A stretch of DNA of 64,000 nt, taken from positions 160,001 to 224,000 of the forward strand of contig OY969622.1 of assembly GCA_963701665.1 (NCBI GenBank). Direction: 5' to 3'. The translations under genes and the position numbers were made by a program. The notes below the pieces were generated by a model that worked only from the letters and a program-made list of their open reading frames with translations, ran no database searches and was not told the origin of the DNA. Below are positions 48,842 to 57,975 of this stretch, one piece after another (positions within the stretch are counted from its first letter, which is position 1; every line of letters starts with the position of its first letter). This DNA is from Candidatus Babeliales bacterium. GTDB taxonomy: Bacteria; Babelota; Babeliae; Babelales; JANWKD01.

Positions 48842-49291
48842 TCAATGATGAACCAAAATTGCGAATTTTTTGAGGTTAATGTTTATGTCAAAATAGCGCA
48901 TTGCTATCGCGCCGCCAGTGAATCCGAGTACGAGAGCAGTTGCAATAAATTTTTTTGAATGTTTCTCAAAAATTGAGCGTTGTTTTTTCATGCCTGATTC
49001 GGTCCATCCAGCGTCTTTAAAAGCTGTTATAACGGAATCTACTTTTAACACAATTTCTTCTTTTCCTCGTAAGCTTTTATTGGGATCTTGATTACTTATT
49101 ATCGAAAAATCCTCTGTGTCTAATGGCATAAGCATACAACCATAATCAAAGCATTTTGATTGGAATTTAATTCTGCAAGGAAGGCCTACTTTATTATGGT
49201 CTTTTGTGTGATCATTATCAGATGCACATATATGTAAAGGAGCATTGATTAAAAGTCCGCTTAATGTCAAAAGAAAAAAAAGTTTCTTCAT
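48842..49291 (-). CDS. secreted paralog-family protein
   Basis: Likely start MKKLFF at 49291; KH.KK-TM-AMRYFD shared with 49370. Confidence 0.75.
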   Translation of the reverse strand: MKKLFFLLTLSGLLINAPLHICASDNDHTKDHNKVGLPCRIKFQSKCFDYGCMLMPLDTEDFSIISNQDPNKSLRGKEEIVLKVDSVITAFKDAGWTESGMKKQRSIFEKHSKKFIATALVLGFTGGAIAMRYFDININLKKFAILVHH

Positions 49292-49369
49292 GCAAATTTC
49301 TTCTCGTTTAAAAAGAGCTTGCTCAATGATGAACAAGCTTCTTTTTGCAAAATTGCGAATCGTTTAAGG

Positions 49370-50491
49370 TTAATGTTTGTTGTCAAAGTAGCGCATAGCT
49401 ACAGCACAACCAAGTATTCCCGTTCCGAGAGTAAATGCCATCCATTTTTTTGGATGCTTTGCAAAAGTCGATTGTTCTTGTGCGGCAAGCTTGCGCCCTT
49501 CCGTGATACCGGCTTTCTTACCGTTGTCAAAGTGTGTTCTAAATGCACGTTCCGCATTGTTTTCGATGGACCATCCTCTTTTTCTTAACTCAACAAACAA
49601 TGGGGTTAACTCATCAACTTCTAGTTGCACTTCTTCTTGCCCATGTGCATCTTTATCTTGTTCATCCTCATCAATCACACCAAAATCTTCTTGTTTTAAT
49701 GTGATGCTCATAAGACGAACACCCGGTTCAAATATGCTGAGTCTGTAAGGGCGACGTACCACATCCGGATGTCTCGCTAACTCGTCCGATTTGGGTTTTA
49801 TAACTAAGTTTCCTTCTTCTCTCAGAGCCTCCAAAAAAGCCTCGATTTCTTCATCATCGAACCGGATTTCTTTGCGGCCGCGTGCGTTTTTATTTATATC
49901 TTCATCACTAATGTTCTGATAATGACGTGATTTTAATGTGACAAAATGCCAACAATCGCCTTCGCCACTCTTTCTGAAATAGTGCGAGCCAAATCTAATT
50001 CTGTAAGGCATTTTTGTTTCACTTTGACGTTCTGCGCCCTCATCGAATCCTTTTGTATGGCCCGCATGAAAAATTATATTATTATGGTCTGTTAATAGTT
50101 CGTTGATAGATTTAGGAATTATGGGTGATGCTTGGTCGAAAACTTCATCTTTGTTTTGAGTAAGAAGTGCCTCGAGCGTTGGTTTTAGTTCCACTGCACT
50201 AATTCTTATTTCTATTGTTTTATGCTCATCATGAGTTACTTCATGAAAATGTTTCTTGTTTAAAGCGATTGTGGCGCCGTTCAGCAATCCTTCAGTTTCG
50301 CCTGCATGATGAACAAAAAAAGAAATAGCAGTGGGAAGAAGATTGGGCACATCTTGTTCAGGTTGTCTATCTCTGAGCTCAGAGAGTGATGAGTCTGATG
50401 GCGATTTGTGCATTGCATTAATGCCATGAGGAATGTGAAATATGCCACCGAGTAACACGAGATTCAATACTTTTTTCATGGGATGTCTCAC
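49370..50491 (-). CDS. secreted paralog-family protein with three repeated domains and C-terminal tail
   Basis: Signal peptide INA-M; repeated P..I...L....F......G..E(I/V) units; KHPKK-TM. Confidence 0.8.
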   Translation of the reverse strand: MRHPMKKVLNLVLLGGIFHIPHGINAMHKSPSDSSLSELRDRQPEQDVPNLLPTAISFFVHHAGETEGLLNGATIALNKKHFHEVTHDEHKTIEIRISAVELKPTLEALLTQNKDEVFDQASPIIPKSINELLTDHNNIIFHAGHTKGFDEGAERQSETKMPYRIRFGSHYFRKSGEGDCWHFVTLKSRHYQNISDEDINKNARGRKEIRFDDEEIEAFLEALREEGNLVIKPKSDELARHPDVVRRPYRLSIFEPGVRLMSITLKQEDFGVIDEDEQDKDAHGQEEVQLEVDELTPLFVELRKRGWSIENNAERAFRTHFDNGKKAGITEGRKLAAQEQSTFAKHPKKWMAFTLGTGILGCAVAMRYFDNKH

Positions 50492-50574
50492 TAAATAGTA
50501 TGATAAAGTAGATGGATTTCAGCAGAAAGTATAAGAAACTTTATTGATAAATCAAATAAAAAAGAACGTGCGCA

Positions 50575-51180
50575 TTATATATTCTCAAAAAACACATGCG
50601 CTCGTTGCAAAAATAATTTCATGCGCCGGTAATCATTGCCAGTCAACAATGAAAAGGTCTCTAAAAATTTCTCTGTTGAGCGTTCTGTGATGCAGTTCAT
50701 CGCGCGCATTGTTTTCAATAGCGCCAACAAGAGCTCATCAAGATTATTAATAGTGCTTGATATGTTAAAGAGTACGTGCAAATACTGTTCATGCGCAAAA
50801 AAATGTTTGTATTGCATCGCAGATGCGTGAGCAACAAATGAATGAATGCGAGGGGGTTCAGGGGGCAATTGATAAAAGATTTTTCCCTTTTCTTGGTAGC
50901 CGACTAACACACATGAGAAGGTAGTTTTTAAAAATTCAAAAATCTGAGGCTGTTCTCGTAACAGCTCTTCTTCTGTTTTTTGATAGGCAAAGGGATAACG
51001 AACAGGATCCATCGAACCAGTTTGAATATGATGCACAATGCCAAACAAAGTATATGATGCATGTTCAACAACGACCAAAGAGCCGAATGCCGGCGTTGTT
51101 CTCCAATCCCAACTTTGGGAAATCCATGTCGCAAGTGAACTTTCAATAATTTCGGCACACGGTTTTTGTGTAGGTTCCAT
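50575..51180 (-). CDS. HAS-barrel domain protein
   Basis: P.FGSLV, GIV..I.T.S.DP.R, EQPQIFE.L.T.F, LPP.PP.IH. Confidence 0.7.
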   Translation of the reverse strand: MEPTQKPCAEIIESSLATWISQSWDWRTTPAFGSLVVVEHASYTLFGIVHHIQTGSMDPVRYPFAYQKTEEELLREQPQIFEFLKTTFSCVLVGYQEKGKIFYQLPPEPPRIHSFVAHASAMQYKHFFAHEQYLHVLFNISSTINNLDELLLALLKTMRAMNCITERSTEKFLETFSLLTGNDYRRMKLFLQRAHVFFENI

Positions 51181-51192
51181 GAACGCTCGCTT

Positions 51193-51882
51193 TTAAAACA
51201 TTGTTTGTTGTTCAGAAAATTCATCAGAATCTTGGTTGAACCACGCGCCTTGCAAGAAATTCATGCGATGAATAATCGAGTGACCAAGTTCTTGAACGCG
51301 CGTGCGATGTTGTGGCGTTGCATATCCTTTGTGTGCGCCCAAAAAATAACCGGGAAGCGCGGTTTCAAAATGAGGCATTAAACGATCGCGCGTTACTTTT
51401 GCGATAATTGATGCTGCGGCAATAGAACTTGATTTTCGTTCGCCAAAAGGAAAATGGAGAACATCAATGTCGTGGTATGCCGTTGCGTGTAGTTGCAGAG
51501 GCATTGCATCAACAATAATTTTTGAGGGCGGTGGACAACCCTGCGCCATAAGCTGCAAAAAAGCGCGCTTCATAGCTTTCAATGTTGCATGATAAATATT
51601 GTGTTGATCAATAGCCCGATGATGCACCGAAGCAATGCCATACCAGCTATTGTTGATGATCCAAGAAAATGCTTTTTCCCGTTCTTCAACAGTCATTATT
51701 TTTGAATCTTTAATAAGCCGATGATTTTTTTTGTGATGCAATATAACGGCTGCGACAACAACAGGACCTGCCAAACACCCTCGCCCAACTTCATCAATGC
51801 CACATACGAGTGCATTCTCTGCCCATGCCGAGTGTTCAAAATAATTTTTGTTGAAGCGTTCTTGATAGCGAATGGTAGCCAT
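51193..51882 (-). CDS. rnhB: ribonuclease HII (bacterial type)
   Basis: GIDEVGRGCLAGPV, DSK, IAAASIIAKVTRD, HKGY.T..H. Confidence 0.96.
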   Translation of the reverse strand: MATIRYQERFNKNYFEHSAWAENALVCGIDEVGRGCLAGPVVVAAVILHHKKNHRLIKDSKIMTVEEREKAFSWIINNSWYGIASVHHRAIDQHNIYHATLKAMKRAFLQLMAQGCPPPSKIIVDAMPLQLHATAYHDIDVLHFPFGERKSSSIAAASIIAKVTRDRLMPHFETALPGYFLGAHKGYATPQHRTRVQELGHSIIHRMNFLQGAWFNQDSDEFSEQQTMF

Positions 51883-51950
51883 GTGAAGATCGTAATTGAA
51901 GTGTGAAATTTTTGTTAGTATACGCTACTTTTGAAACAAAGAAAAGAATG

Positions 51951-52562
51951 TTATTTCTGTAGAATTTTGGTAAAGAAATACTGCCAACAAAAAAATACTA
52001 TGCCGAGTGCTAGAGGTATTAAAAACAATGCAGTGATTCTTGTGTACCACGATGGCACCGTAAGTCCTGCAACTATCCATTGCGCAAGCGTTATGGCAGC
52101 AAATATGTTCCCTGTTATGAAACTGACCGTTCTGATGAAGAATGGTATTGGATGATATGCTGTTAATGCAAGAGCAAGAAAAAATAGGGCAAAGTATACT
52201 ATGATGCAAAATGGAATTAACATATCGCCACACTTAAACGTATCGCTGCGGGCAACAAAAGACAAAAGATTATCCTTCCAATTGCGTTTGTAGAGCGATA
52301 AGGCATCTTTGGCTTCTTCGATCTGTGCAGATAGTATGCGTACGCGTTCATCATGATCTACCGATTCTGGTGTGTGCGATAGTTCTTCTAATTCTTTTTC
52401 AAGTGCTTTTCTGCACTGTTCAATTTCGTACTGTTTGTTCAGTACTTTTGCAAAAGCAAAAGGCGACATAGGTAAAAAGAAACTTGCAATTCCAATAATT
52501 ACGCAAGGAATTGCTATGGACCAAAATAATATTCTAGTAAATGATGTTTTGATGGTAAGCAT
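51951..52562 (-). CDS. hypothetical membrane protein
   Basis: N-terminal TM, coiled coil, three C-terminal TMs. Confidence 0.7.
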   Translation of the reverse strand: MLTIKTSFTRILFWSIAIPCVIIGIASFFLPMSPFAFAKVLNKQYEIEQCRKALEKELEELSHTPESVDHDERVRILSAQIEEAKDALSLYKRNWKDNLLSFVARSDTFKCGDMLIPFCIIVYFALFFLALALTAYHPIPFFIRTVSFITGNIFAAITLAQWIVAGLTVPSWYTRITALFLIPLALGIVFFCWQYFFTKILQK

Positions 52563-52580
52563 AACGATTCTCAGTTGCTG

Positions 52581-52916
52581 TTAAGCGTAATTTTCTAAAT
52601 GAAACTGCATTTCTTTTATCTCAAGTTCGCAGCCGTATTCGGCAAGAAGTTCTTGGAGTTCTTCAGCTTGTCTATGATCCCACGTCATTAAAATGGGAAG
52701 ATGTGCGTCAATACATGCTTCAATAACATCAGGGTCAGTATGTGTTTGCTCTGATAAGATTGTGTATACTTTGCTTCTATTCCAGAATTTCCAGAAGGGC
52801 ATTGATTGTACATAACAGCCATAGAAGCCTGTTTTATCATGAATGAAGGTAAACGGCTCATCAGCATAACTAGTGCATATCAATAGTAAGATTAAAGAAA
52901 TTATTTTTTTCATGGC
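52581..52916 (-). CDS. secreted hypothetical protein
   Basis: MKKIIS signal peptide; C-terminal AEELQELLAEYGCELEIK. Confidence 0.65.
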   Translation of the reverse strand, partial: AMKKIISLILLLICTSYADEPFTFIHDKTGFYGCYVQSMPFWKFWNRSKVYTILSEQTHTDPDVIEACIDAHLPILMTWDHRQAEELQELLAEYGCELEIKEMQFHLENYA

Positions 52917-53063
52917 ATCCCGACTCAAAAATTTATATCTGAAATAAGTTAAAAAATATAATAAAGCTAGAAATAATATTTAGTATGTAGCATTGGTGGA
53001 AAAAATCAATGCCTGAGCTGTTTTAGATTGGCTTATAGGGAGTTTATAGAGTATTCACTCGTT

Positions 53064-53375
53064 TTAATCCCTCTTGCGTTTAAGGATAGCATCGGTTTCT
53101 CTGCGTTTATTGTTTAGATAGGTAGCTGCGCAAAAAGTAACTGTGCCAAGTATCCACGGGACAAGTTCATTATCGGGACAACAAATTTTTCCTATGATAC
53201 CTGATGCAATACAAGGACCGCAGGTGTTGATCATATCTTCGCAGGAGGGGCCTTCATCATTGTCTGAGAAAATTTTGATTGGACTATAATGACATTTTTT
53301 TGTTGATTCGTGCATACCATGCAGTGTGCTGCTCAAAAATAGTAGTAAGAACAAGATCAATAAAAGAATATTCAT
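53064..53375 (-). CDS. small secreted Cys-rich membrane protein
   Basis: Signal peptide LHG-M; ends KRKRD. Confidence 0.7.
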   Translation of the reverse strand: MNILLLILFLLLFLSSTLHGMHESTKKCHYSPIKIFSDNDEGPSCEDMINTCGPCIASGIIGKICCPDNELVPWILGTVTFCAATYLNNKRRETDAILKRKRD

Positions 53376-53384
53376 GCTGAAGCC

Positions 53385-55049
53385 TTAATAAATCAGATAT
53401 GCTGTTGCAATTATAATCAATAAAAAGACGGTAGGCCAGTAGCACAACTTGAATATTAAATTGTTTTGATACATAAAGAATTGAAGATCACCACGTACGG
53501 CAAACACAATACTGTTAATAACAACGCCGATGATAATAAAGTAGCTGATAAGATAAATGTATTCTAAGTAGACGAGCCCTTCAGTCATTAAGAGCTGGCG
53601 TAAATTTATTTCGCTCGTGATTAAGACAAATAATAATGCGCTGCATACGCCAATAACGCTCAAGGTTGAAAAGCCTACAATATCGATCAATGTTTCTTGC
53701 TTTAAGAATGCCATTAACAGAATAAATAGGGTAGTGAAGACAACGAATAATAGAACAAAATGCATAATAAAACCGCCGCCAGGTCTTCGTTGCGCATCAA
53801 TAATAAATTGGAGATAGGGCATATTGTTATAAGAAAATTCTGGGAATCCTAACGTTGTCTTAAAATTATGGAGCTCATAATTAAAATAGCTTTTTATAAG
53901 ATGCCAATGCGTAAGAAGTGCAATTTTTGATGAAATACCTGGTAACAAAATCGAGTTAATGACCTTATAAGAACTTAAATCAGGTACGAGTGCAATATTT
54001 TTTTCAAAATTCTTATGTAATAGATTGAGGACAATATGGCGATGATCAAAAGGATAAAGCCGCGCGTTAAAAGTTTCATAAAGGTTACAAGAAAACGACC
54101 AGCACACCGTTTCTTCATCCTTATTAGTTTGACGATATAATTCTTGTTTAGTAGAGGTATAAGCATTAGGGAAAATGACATCACGATCGAGACCTGCATG
54201 TTCTTTAGCGTTATATTTTTGCCAAATATATCCTCTTAAAAAGACGCCTGGATGAATGTCAGCACCTTGTTGCGTGAATTGTGCATGTTCTACAAAAACT
54301 CCTGTTGGCACCGTCGTAAATTTTTGGTTTGTTTTTTGCTGTAATTTTTTGAAAAAATATAATTCCTGACCTTTTGAAAGAATCGGCATTGTTTTTAAAT
54401 TTTCTTGAAATCCAACAGAATGATGTAATGACCAAAGATAACGTATCTCTGTCAGCATCGCAAATGAGATTAGTATTACGATATACCACCATAATACTGG
54501 ATTAATAAAAAAGAATATGCCGAATATGAGTATCAAACAGCAGACCCCTAAAAGAATAGTTAAACTCAGCAAAATAAGGATATGCCGTTCTTCAACGACA
54601 ACAAATTTTTTTAGTTCATCGGGGAAAAAAATGAGACCATGGACCGTAGTATCTGCGTTTAACAGAAATAGTTCTACAGAGTTTCCTTGTAGATCTTTAA
54701 GATTGTGGATGAGCAGTTCTTTTTGGGTCTTGAGATCTGTTAAAATCGTAGCTATTCTGCTTTGTTCAGATGCATCGAACAGTTCACTCAATTTTTTTTC
54801 TGGCATCTCATTCAATAAAGGATGAGATACTAAGGTGCCATCTAAAGAGCCGGTGAAAGAATAACCAAGCTCAGGATATTCGCGCGCTATTTCTTGTTTG
54901 AGGATTGTTATTAATTTTTTATTGAGTGCAATGCGTTGTAGATATAAATAACTTGCAAGTACTACGCTTATAATAACAAGACAGCTGAGCACAGCTATAA
55001 TAATTTTTTTCATACAAAAGTCGCCCTTAATTTGTTTAGGTAACACCAT
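53385..55049 (-). CDS. membrane protein with pentameric ligand-gated ion channel-like C-terminal region
   Basis: GYIWQ, LYPFD loop, R followed by four TM helices; extra N-terminal TM/periplasmic region. Confidence 0.65.
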   Translation of the reverse strand: MVLPKQIKGDFCMKKIIIAVLSCLVIISVVLASYLYLQRIALNKKLITILKQEIAREYPELGYSFTGSLDGTLVSHPLLNEMPEKKLSELFDASEQSRIATILTDLKTQKELLIHNLKDLQGNSVELFLLNADTTVHGLIFFPDELKKFVVVEERHILILLSLTILLGVCCLILIFGIFFFINPVLWWYIVILISFAMLTEIRYLWSLHHSVGFQENLKTMPILSKGQELYFFKKLQQKTNQKFTTVPTGVFVEHAQFTQQGADIHPGVFLRGYIWQKYNAKEHAGLDRDVIFPNAYTSTKQELYRQTNKDEETVCWSFSCNLYETFNARLYPFDHRHIVLNLLHKNFEKNIALVPDLSSYKVINSILLPGISSKIALLTHWHLIKSYFNYELHNFKTTLGFPEFSYNNMPYLQFIIDAQRRPGGGFIMHFVLLFVVFTTLFILLMAFLKQETLIDIVGFSTLSVIGVCSALLFVLITSEINLRQLLMTEGLVYLEYIYLISYFIIIGVVINSIVFAVRGDLQFFMYQNNLIFKLCYWPTVFLLIIIATAYLIY

Positions 55050-55185
55050 AGTATATGGTACTTACTATAAAAGACGAAAAATTGATAAGGCAATACTACT
55101 AATGATTTTACGTTTTAGTATTGCAAAGTAGCGGCTGCTTCGATTATGGTAGATGCATACGTTTGTCTTTTTAAAAAGGGGAATT

Positions 55186-56013
55186 ATGCCAGAAATCCCA
55201 GAACTTGAAGCATTCAAATATGTTGTCAAAACACATTGCTTACATAAAAAAATTAAGAATGTTGAATCTTCAAATAAAAAATTAATAAAAATCTCTTTCC
55301 CGAAATTTAAAAAAGAACTTGTTGGCCACCCTTTTGATGCTACTGAAAGAAAAGGGAAATATCTTCTCATATACACATCCGATAGAATTCTTGTTATGCA
55401 TTTTGCGCTGACGGGGTTTCTTGTGTATGCCAAAAATCCCGACGAAAAAGTTAGGTTTACGAGTGTTAAGTTTATCTTTAGCGATGATTCTGTTCTTCAT
55501 TGGATAAGCATCAGACAATTTGAAAAAATATGGTTGGTAAAAAATATAGATGAAATCAAAGGGCTGAGCACATTAGGCGTTGATGCATTAAAAATTTCAA
55601 AAAAAGAATTTCTAGAGCTCGCGCAAAAGTACTCAACAAAAAATGTCAAAGCGTTCTTGATGGATCAAACAATTTTAGCTGGCATTGGTAATGAATATTC
55701 TGATGAGATTTTATTCCAATCAAGTATTGATCCACATCATAAAATTAAAGATCTTTCAAAAAGCGCGTGCGCAAAAATGTATACGCAGATGAAAAAAATA
55801 TTGAAGTATGCGATAACATTGCGCATTAAAGATATAAAAAAAATGCCAGAACAAAACTTTCTTTCAAATAAAGATCGAGAGACATTTAAATCCTCCTATT
55901 TGCAAGCCCACAGGCATACCGATATGATGTGTCCCAAAAATAAAAATCATAGATTAAAAAAGGTCACTATTGCTGGCAGATCTACCTATTATTGTCCAAT
56001 AGATCAAAAGTAA
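55186..56013 (+). CDS. Fpg/Nei-family DNA glycosylase
   Basis: N-terminal M-PEIPE, RKGKYL, MHF.LTG, LMDQ..LAGIGNEYSDEIL, GRSTYYCP..Q. Confidence 0.93.
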   Translation: MPEIPELEAFKYVVKTHCLHKKIKNVESSNKKLIKISFPKFKKELVGHPFDATERKGKYLLIYTSDRILVMHFALTGFLVYAKNPDEKVRFTSVKFIFSDDSVLHWISIRQFEKIWLVKNIDEIKGLSTLGVDALKISKKEFLELAQKYSTKNVKAFLMDQTILAGIGNEYSDEILFQSSIDPHHKIKDLSKSACAKMYTQMKKILKYAITLRIKDIKKMPEQNFLSNKDRETFKSSYLQAHRHTDMMCPKNKNHRLKKVTIAGRSTYYCPIDQK

Positions 56014-56029
56014 TACCTGGTTTATTTCC

Positions 56030-56592
56030 ATGACAGAAAACCCCAGGGTTTTAAACCTGGGGATGAATGTCATCAAATGCGCGAGTAAAGCAAAAATGTA
56101 AATTTTTGCGAAGCGAGGTTCGTTTTGTCATACTAATGGTATGGCAAAGAAATATTGGCACGGAGCGCATACAACACATAGGCACATGTATCATATAGTT
56201 TGGTTACCGAAATATAGAAAAAAAGTATTAGAAGGAAACGTTAAGAGTAGGTTAGGAGAACTCTTGCGAGAATGTGCAGAAATTAATGCATGGGAAATTC
56301 AGGAATTAAATATTCAGATAGACCATGTACATCTTGTAATACAGTTACCACCAAGTATAAGTGTGAGCAAGGCCGTTCAACTACTCAAAGGCATTTCAAG
56401 TAAAATGCTTAGAACTGAATTGCCTGAAATAAAGAAATTTTTGTGGGGTAATGATTTTTGGGCGGATGGATATTTCTCCGAAACATTTGGACATTGTTCG
56501 GAAGAGACAATTCTCAATTATGTTAGAAATCAATAAAAAGCTTTCATCTCGTGCTTCTAAATCCACGGCTTTTAAGCCGTGTGTTGTTTAAT
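56030..56592 (+). mobile_element. IS200/IS605-family element carrying tnpA only
   Basis: Subterminal hairpins CCCCAGG..CCTGGGG (56041-56062) and CACGGCTT..AAGCCGTG (56564-56581); exact ends uncertain. Confidence 0.8.
56141..56536 (+). CDS. tnpA: IS200/IS605 Y1 HUH transposase
   Basis: HIVWLPKYRK, DHVHL, LW...FW..GYF, YVRNQ. Confidence 0.95.
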   Translation: MAKKYWHGAHTTHRHMYHIVWLPKYRKKVLEGNVKSRLGELLRECAEINAWEIQELNIQIDHVHLVIQLPPSISVSKAVQLLKGISSKMLRTELPEIKKFLWGNDFWADGYFSETFGHCSEETILNYVRNQ

Positions 56593-56711
56593 AATATTTA
56601 TCCTATAATCCCATTTGTCTATTTTTGATCAAAATAGTATCCTTGGTATTAGATTAACGCAAATTCGATACATTGAATTTTGCTTCACAAAGATAACCTT
56701 GAAAACAAAAT

Positions 56712-56815
56712 TGTCATTGCGAGCGAAGCGTGGCAACCCAGCTTATAAAATTAGCTCCTTTTAAGGAATTATTAAAGTTCTGGGTCACCACGTTACTACG
56801 TTCCTCGTGATGACA
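56712..56815. repeat. REP-like doublet
   Basis: Left arm nearly identical to the GIY-YIG-flanking repeats; spacer similar to the 43826 copy. Confidence 0.88.
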
Positions 56816-56896
56816 TTTCGAGATATTTTTATTCAGTGATAAGTCGATAATTTTTTTTATCGAATTTACGTTGGATAACCATTAGGGACCTATTCC

Positions 56897-57646
56897 ATGT
56901 CAGATCTTATTAATACAAATATTGCCGGTATCGATGATACTACTAAGTGCCCTTGCATAGGGAGTATTTTTATTGCTGGTGTCATAGCTGATAGCACTAC
57001 TCTAGAAATGTGGCAGAGACTAGGGGTGAAAGATAGTAAATTAGTAGCGGCAAAAAAACGAGAAACACTCGCCAAGATCATTAAAGAAACTGCTCAAGGA
57101 ATTGTCTTGATGGAAATTACCCCAGCCATGATCGATGACAAGAGTTTAAACTTAAATGATTGGGAAATGCTCACCGTTTTAACTATCGTTAAAAAACTAC
57201 AAAAAAAAGCACCTTTTAAAAAAGTATATATTGATAACTGGGAAACCACTCAAAAAGGATTCCATGAAAGATTTTTGGCATTGACGGATGTCTCTCGTAA
57301 AGAATTGTTATTGCAAAAGGGCTTTCGCTTACATAGAAAAAAAATTAATACCCTCGAATTAATCCCAGAGCATTATGCTGATGAAAACCATATTGTTGTT
57401 GGTGCTGCATCAATAGTAGCTAAGGTTGCTTCTGACGCACAATATAGAAAATACAAACGACAATACGGTAATTTTGGTAGTGGTAGCCCAGGTGATCCAC
57501 GCACGCGTTTGTTTGTTTGGCAACATCGCAATAATCCTCTTCCCATTATCCGTACCAGCTGGAATACTTTTAAAACATTATCAGTGTTGGATTCTATTGA
57601 AGATGATCCCCTCTATGGCCGCCTAAAAAATAAGCCTGTTTTATAA
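56897..57646 (+). CDS. divergent RNase HII-fold protein (archaeal/eukaryotic-like features)
   Basis: GIDD, GVKDSK, YID, AD...VVGAASIVAKV, GSG.PGDP.T, IRTSW.T. Confidence 0.85.
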   Translation: MSDLINTNIAGIDDTTKCPCIGSIFIAGVIADSTTLEMWQRLGVKDSKLVAAKKRETLAKIIKETAQGIVLMEITPAMIDDKSLNLNDWEMLTVLTIVKKLQKKAPFKKVYIDNWETTQKGFHERFLALTDVSRKELLLQKGFRLHRKKINTLELIPEHYADENHIVVGAASIVAKVASDAQYRKYKRQYGNFGSGSPGDPRTRLFVWQHRNNPLPIIRTSWNTFKTLSVLDSIEDDPLYGRLKNKPVL

Positions 57647-57704
57647 GGTTATTTACCTCTAAAATAAACATTCAACTTAAGTGAAAATATGCCTAGAGAA
57701 ATGA

Positions 57705-57803
57705 TGTCATTCTGAGGCGCCTTGGTGCCGTAGGAATCCAATCTGATAAGGATTTTCATTTTAAAGACTGGATCACTACGTCGCTTTGCTCCTCATGATG
57801 ACA
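57705..57803. repeat. REP-like doublet, intact homolog of the IS110 target
   Basis: TGTCATTCTGAGG..CCGTAGGAATCCA-spacer-CTGGATCACTACGTCGCTTTGCTCCTCATGATGACA. Confidence 0.88.
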
Positions 57804-57975
57804 CTGTTGTTTATAATGTTCATTTCCTAATCTTTCTTCAGAATGATTCTAATTCTTTCTTTTAAATAACGCACAAATCAGCCAATTATACATATATTTT
57901 ATAATACTCTAGATTATTCATATATTATTTTTTTAAACTAAAATTACTATAAGTAATAATTGATAGTATAAGGGG

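Noticed and set aside
52581..52916. Resemblance of the C-terminus to the ribosomal L7/L12 C-terminal domain
   Set aside because: Similarity is limited to one short motif and cannot be supported without a profile search.
56030..56592. IS200/IS605 element as a TnpB/omegaRNA system or as the RAYT for the palindromic repeats
   Set aside because: No tnpB ORF and only ~55 bp after tnpA. The protein has IS200-type motifs and its own hairpin ends, which differ from the repeat arms. It remains a weak alternative mobiliser given the nearby repeat at 56712.
6477..57803. Palindromic repeats as a CRISPR array or integron attC sites
   Set aside because: They are dispersed rather than regularly spaced with unique spacers; no cas or integron integrase gene is in the window.
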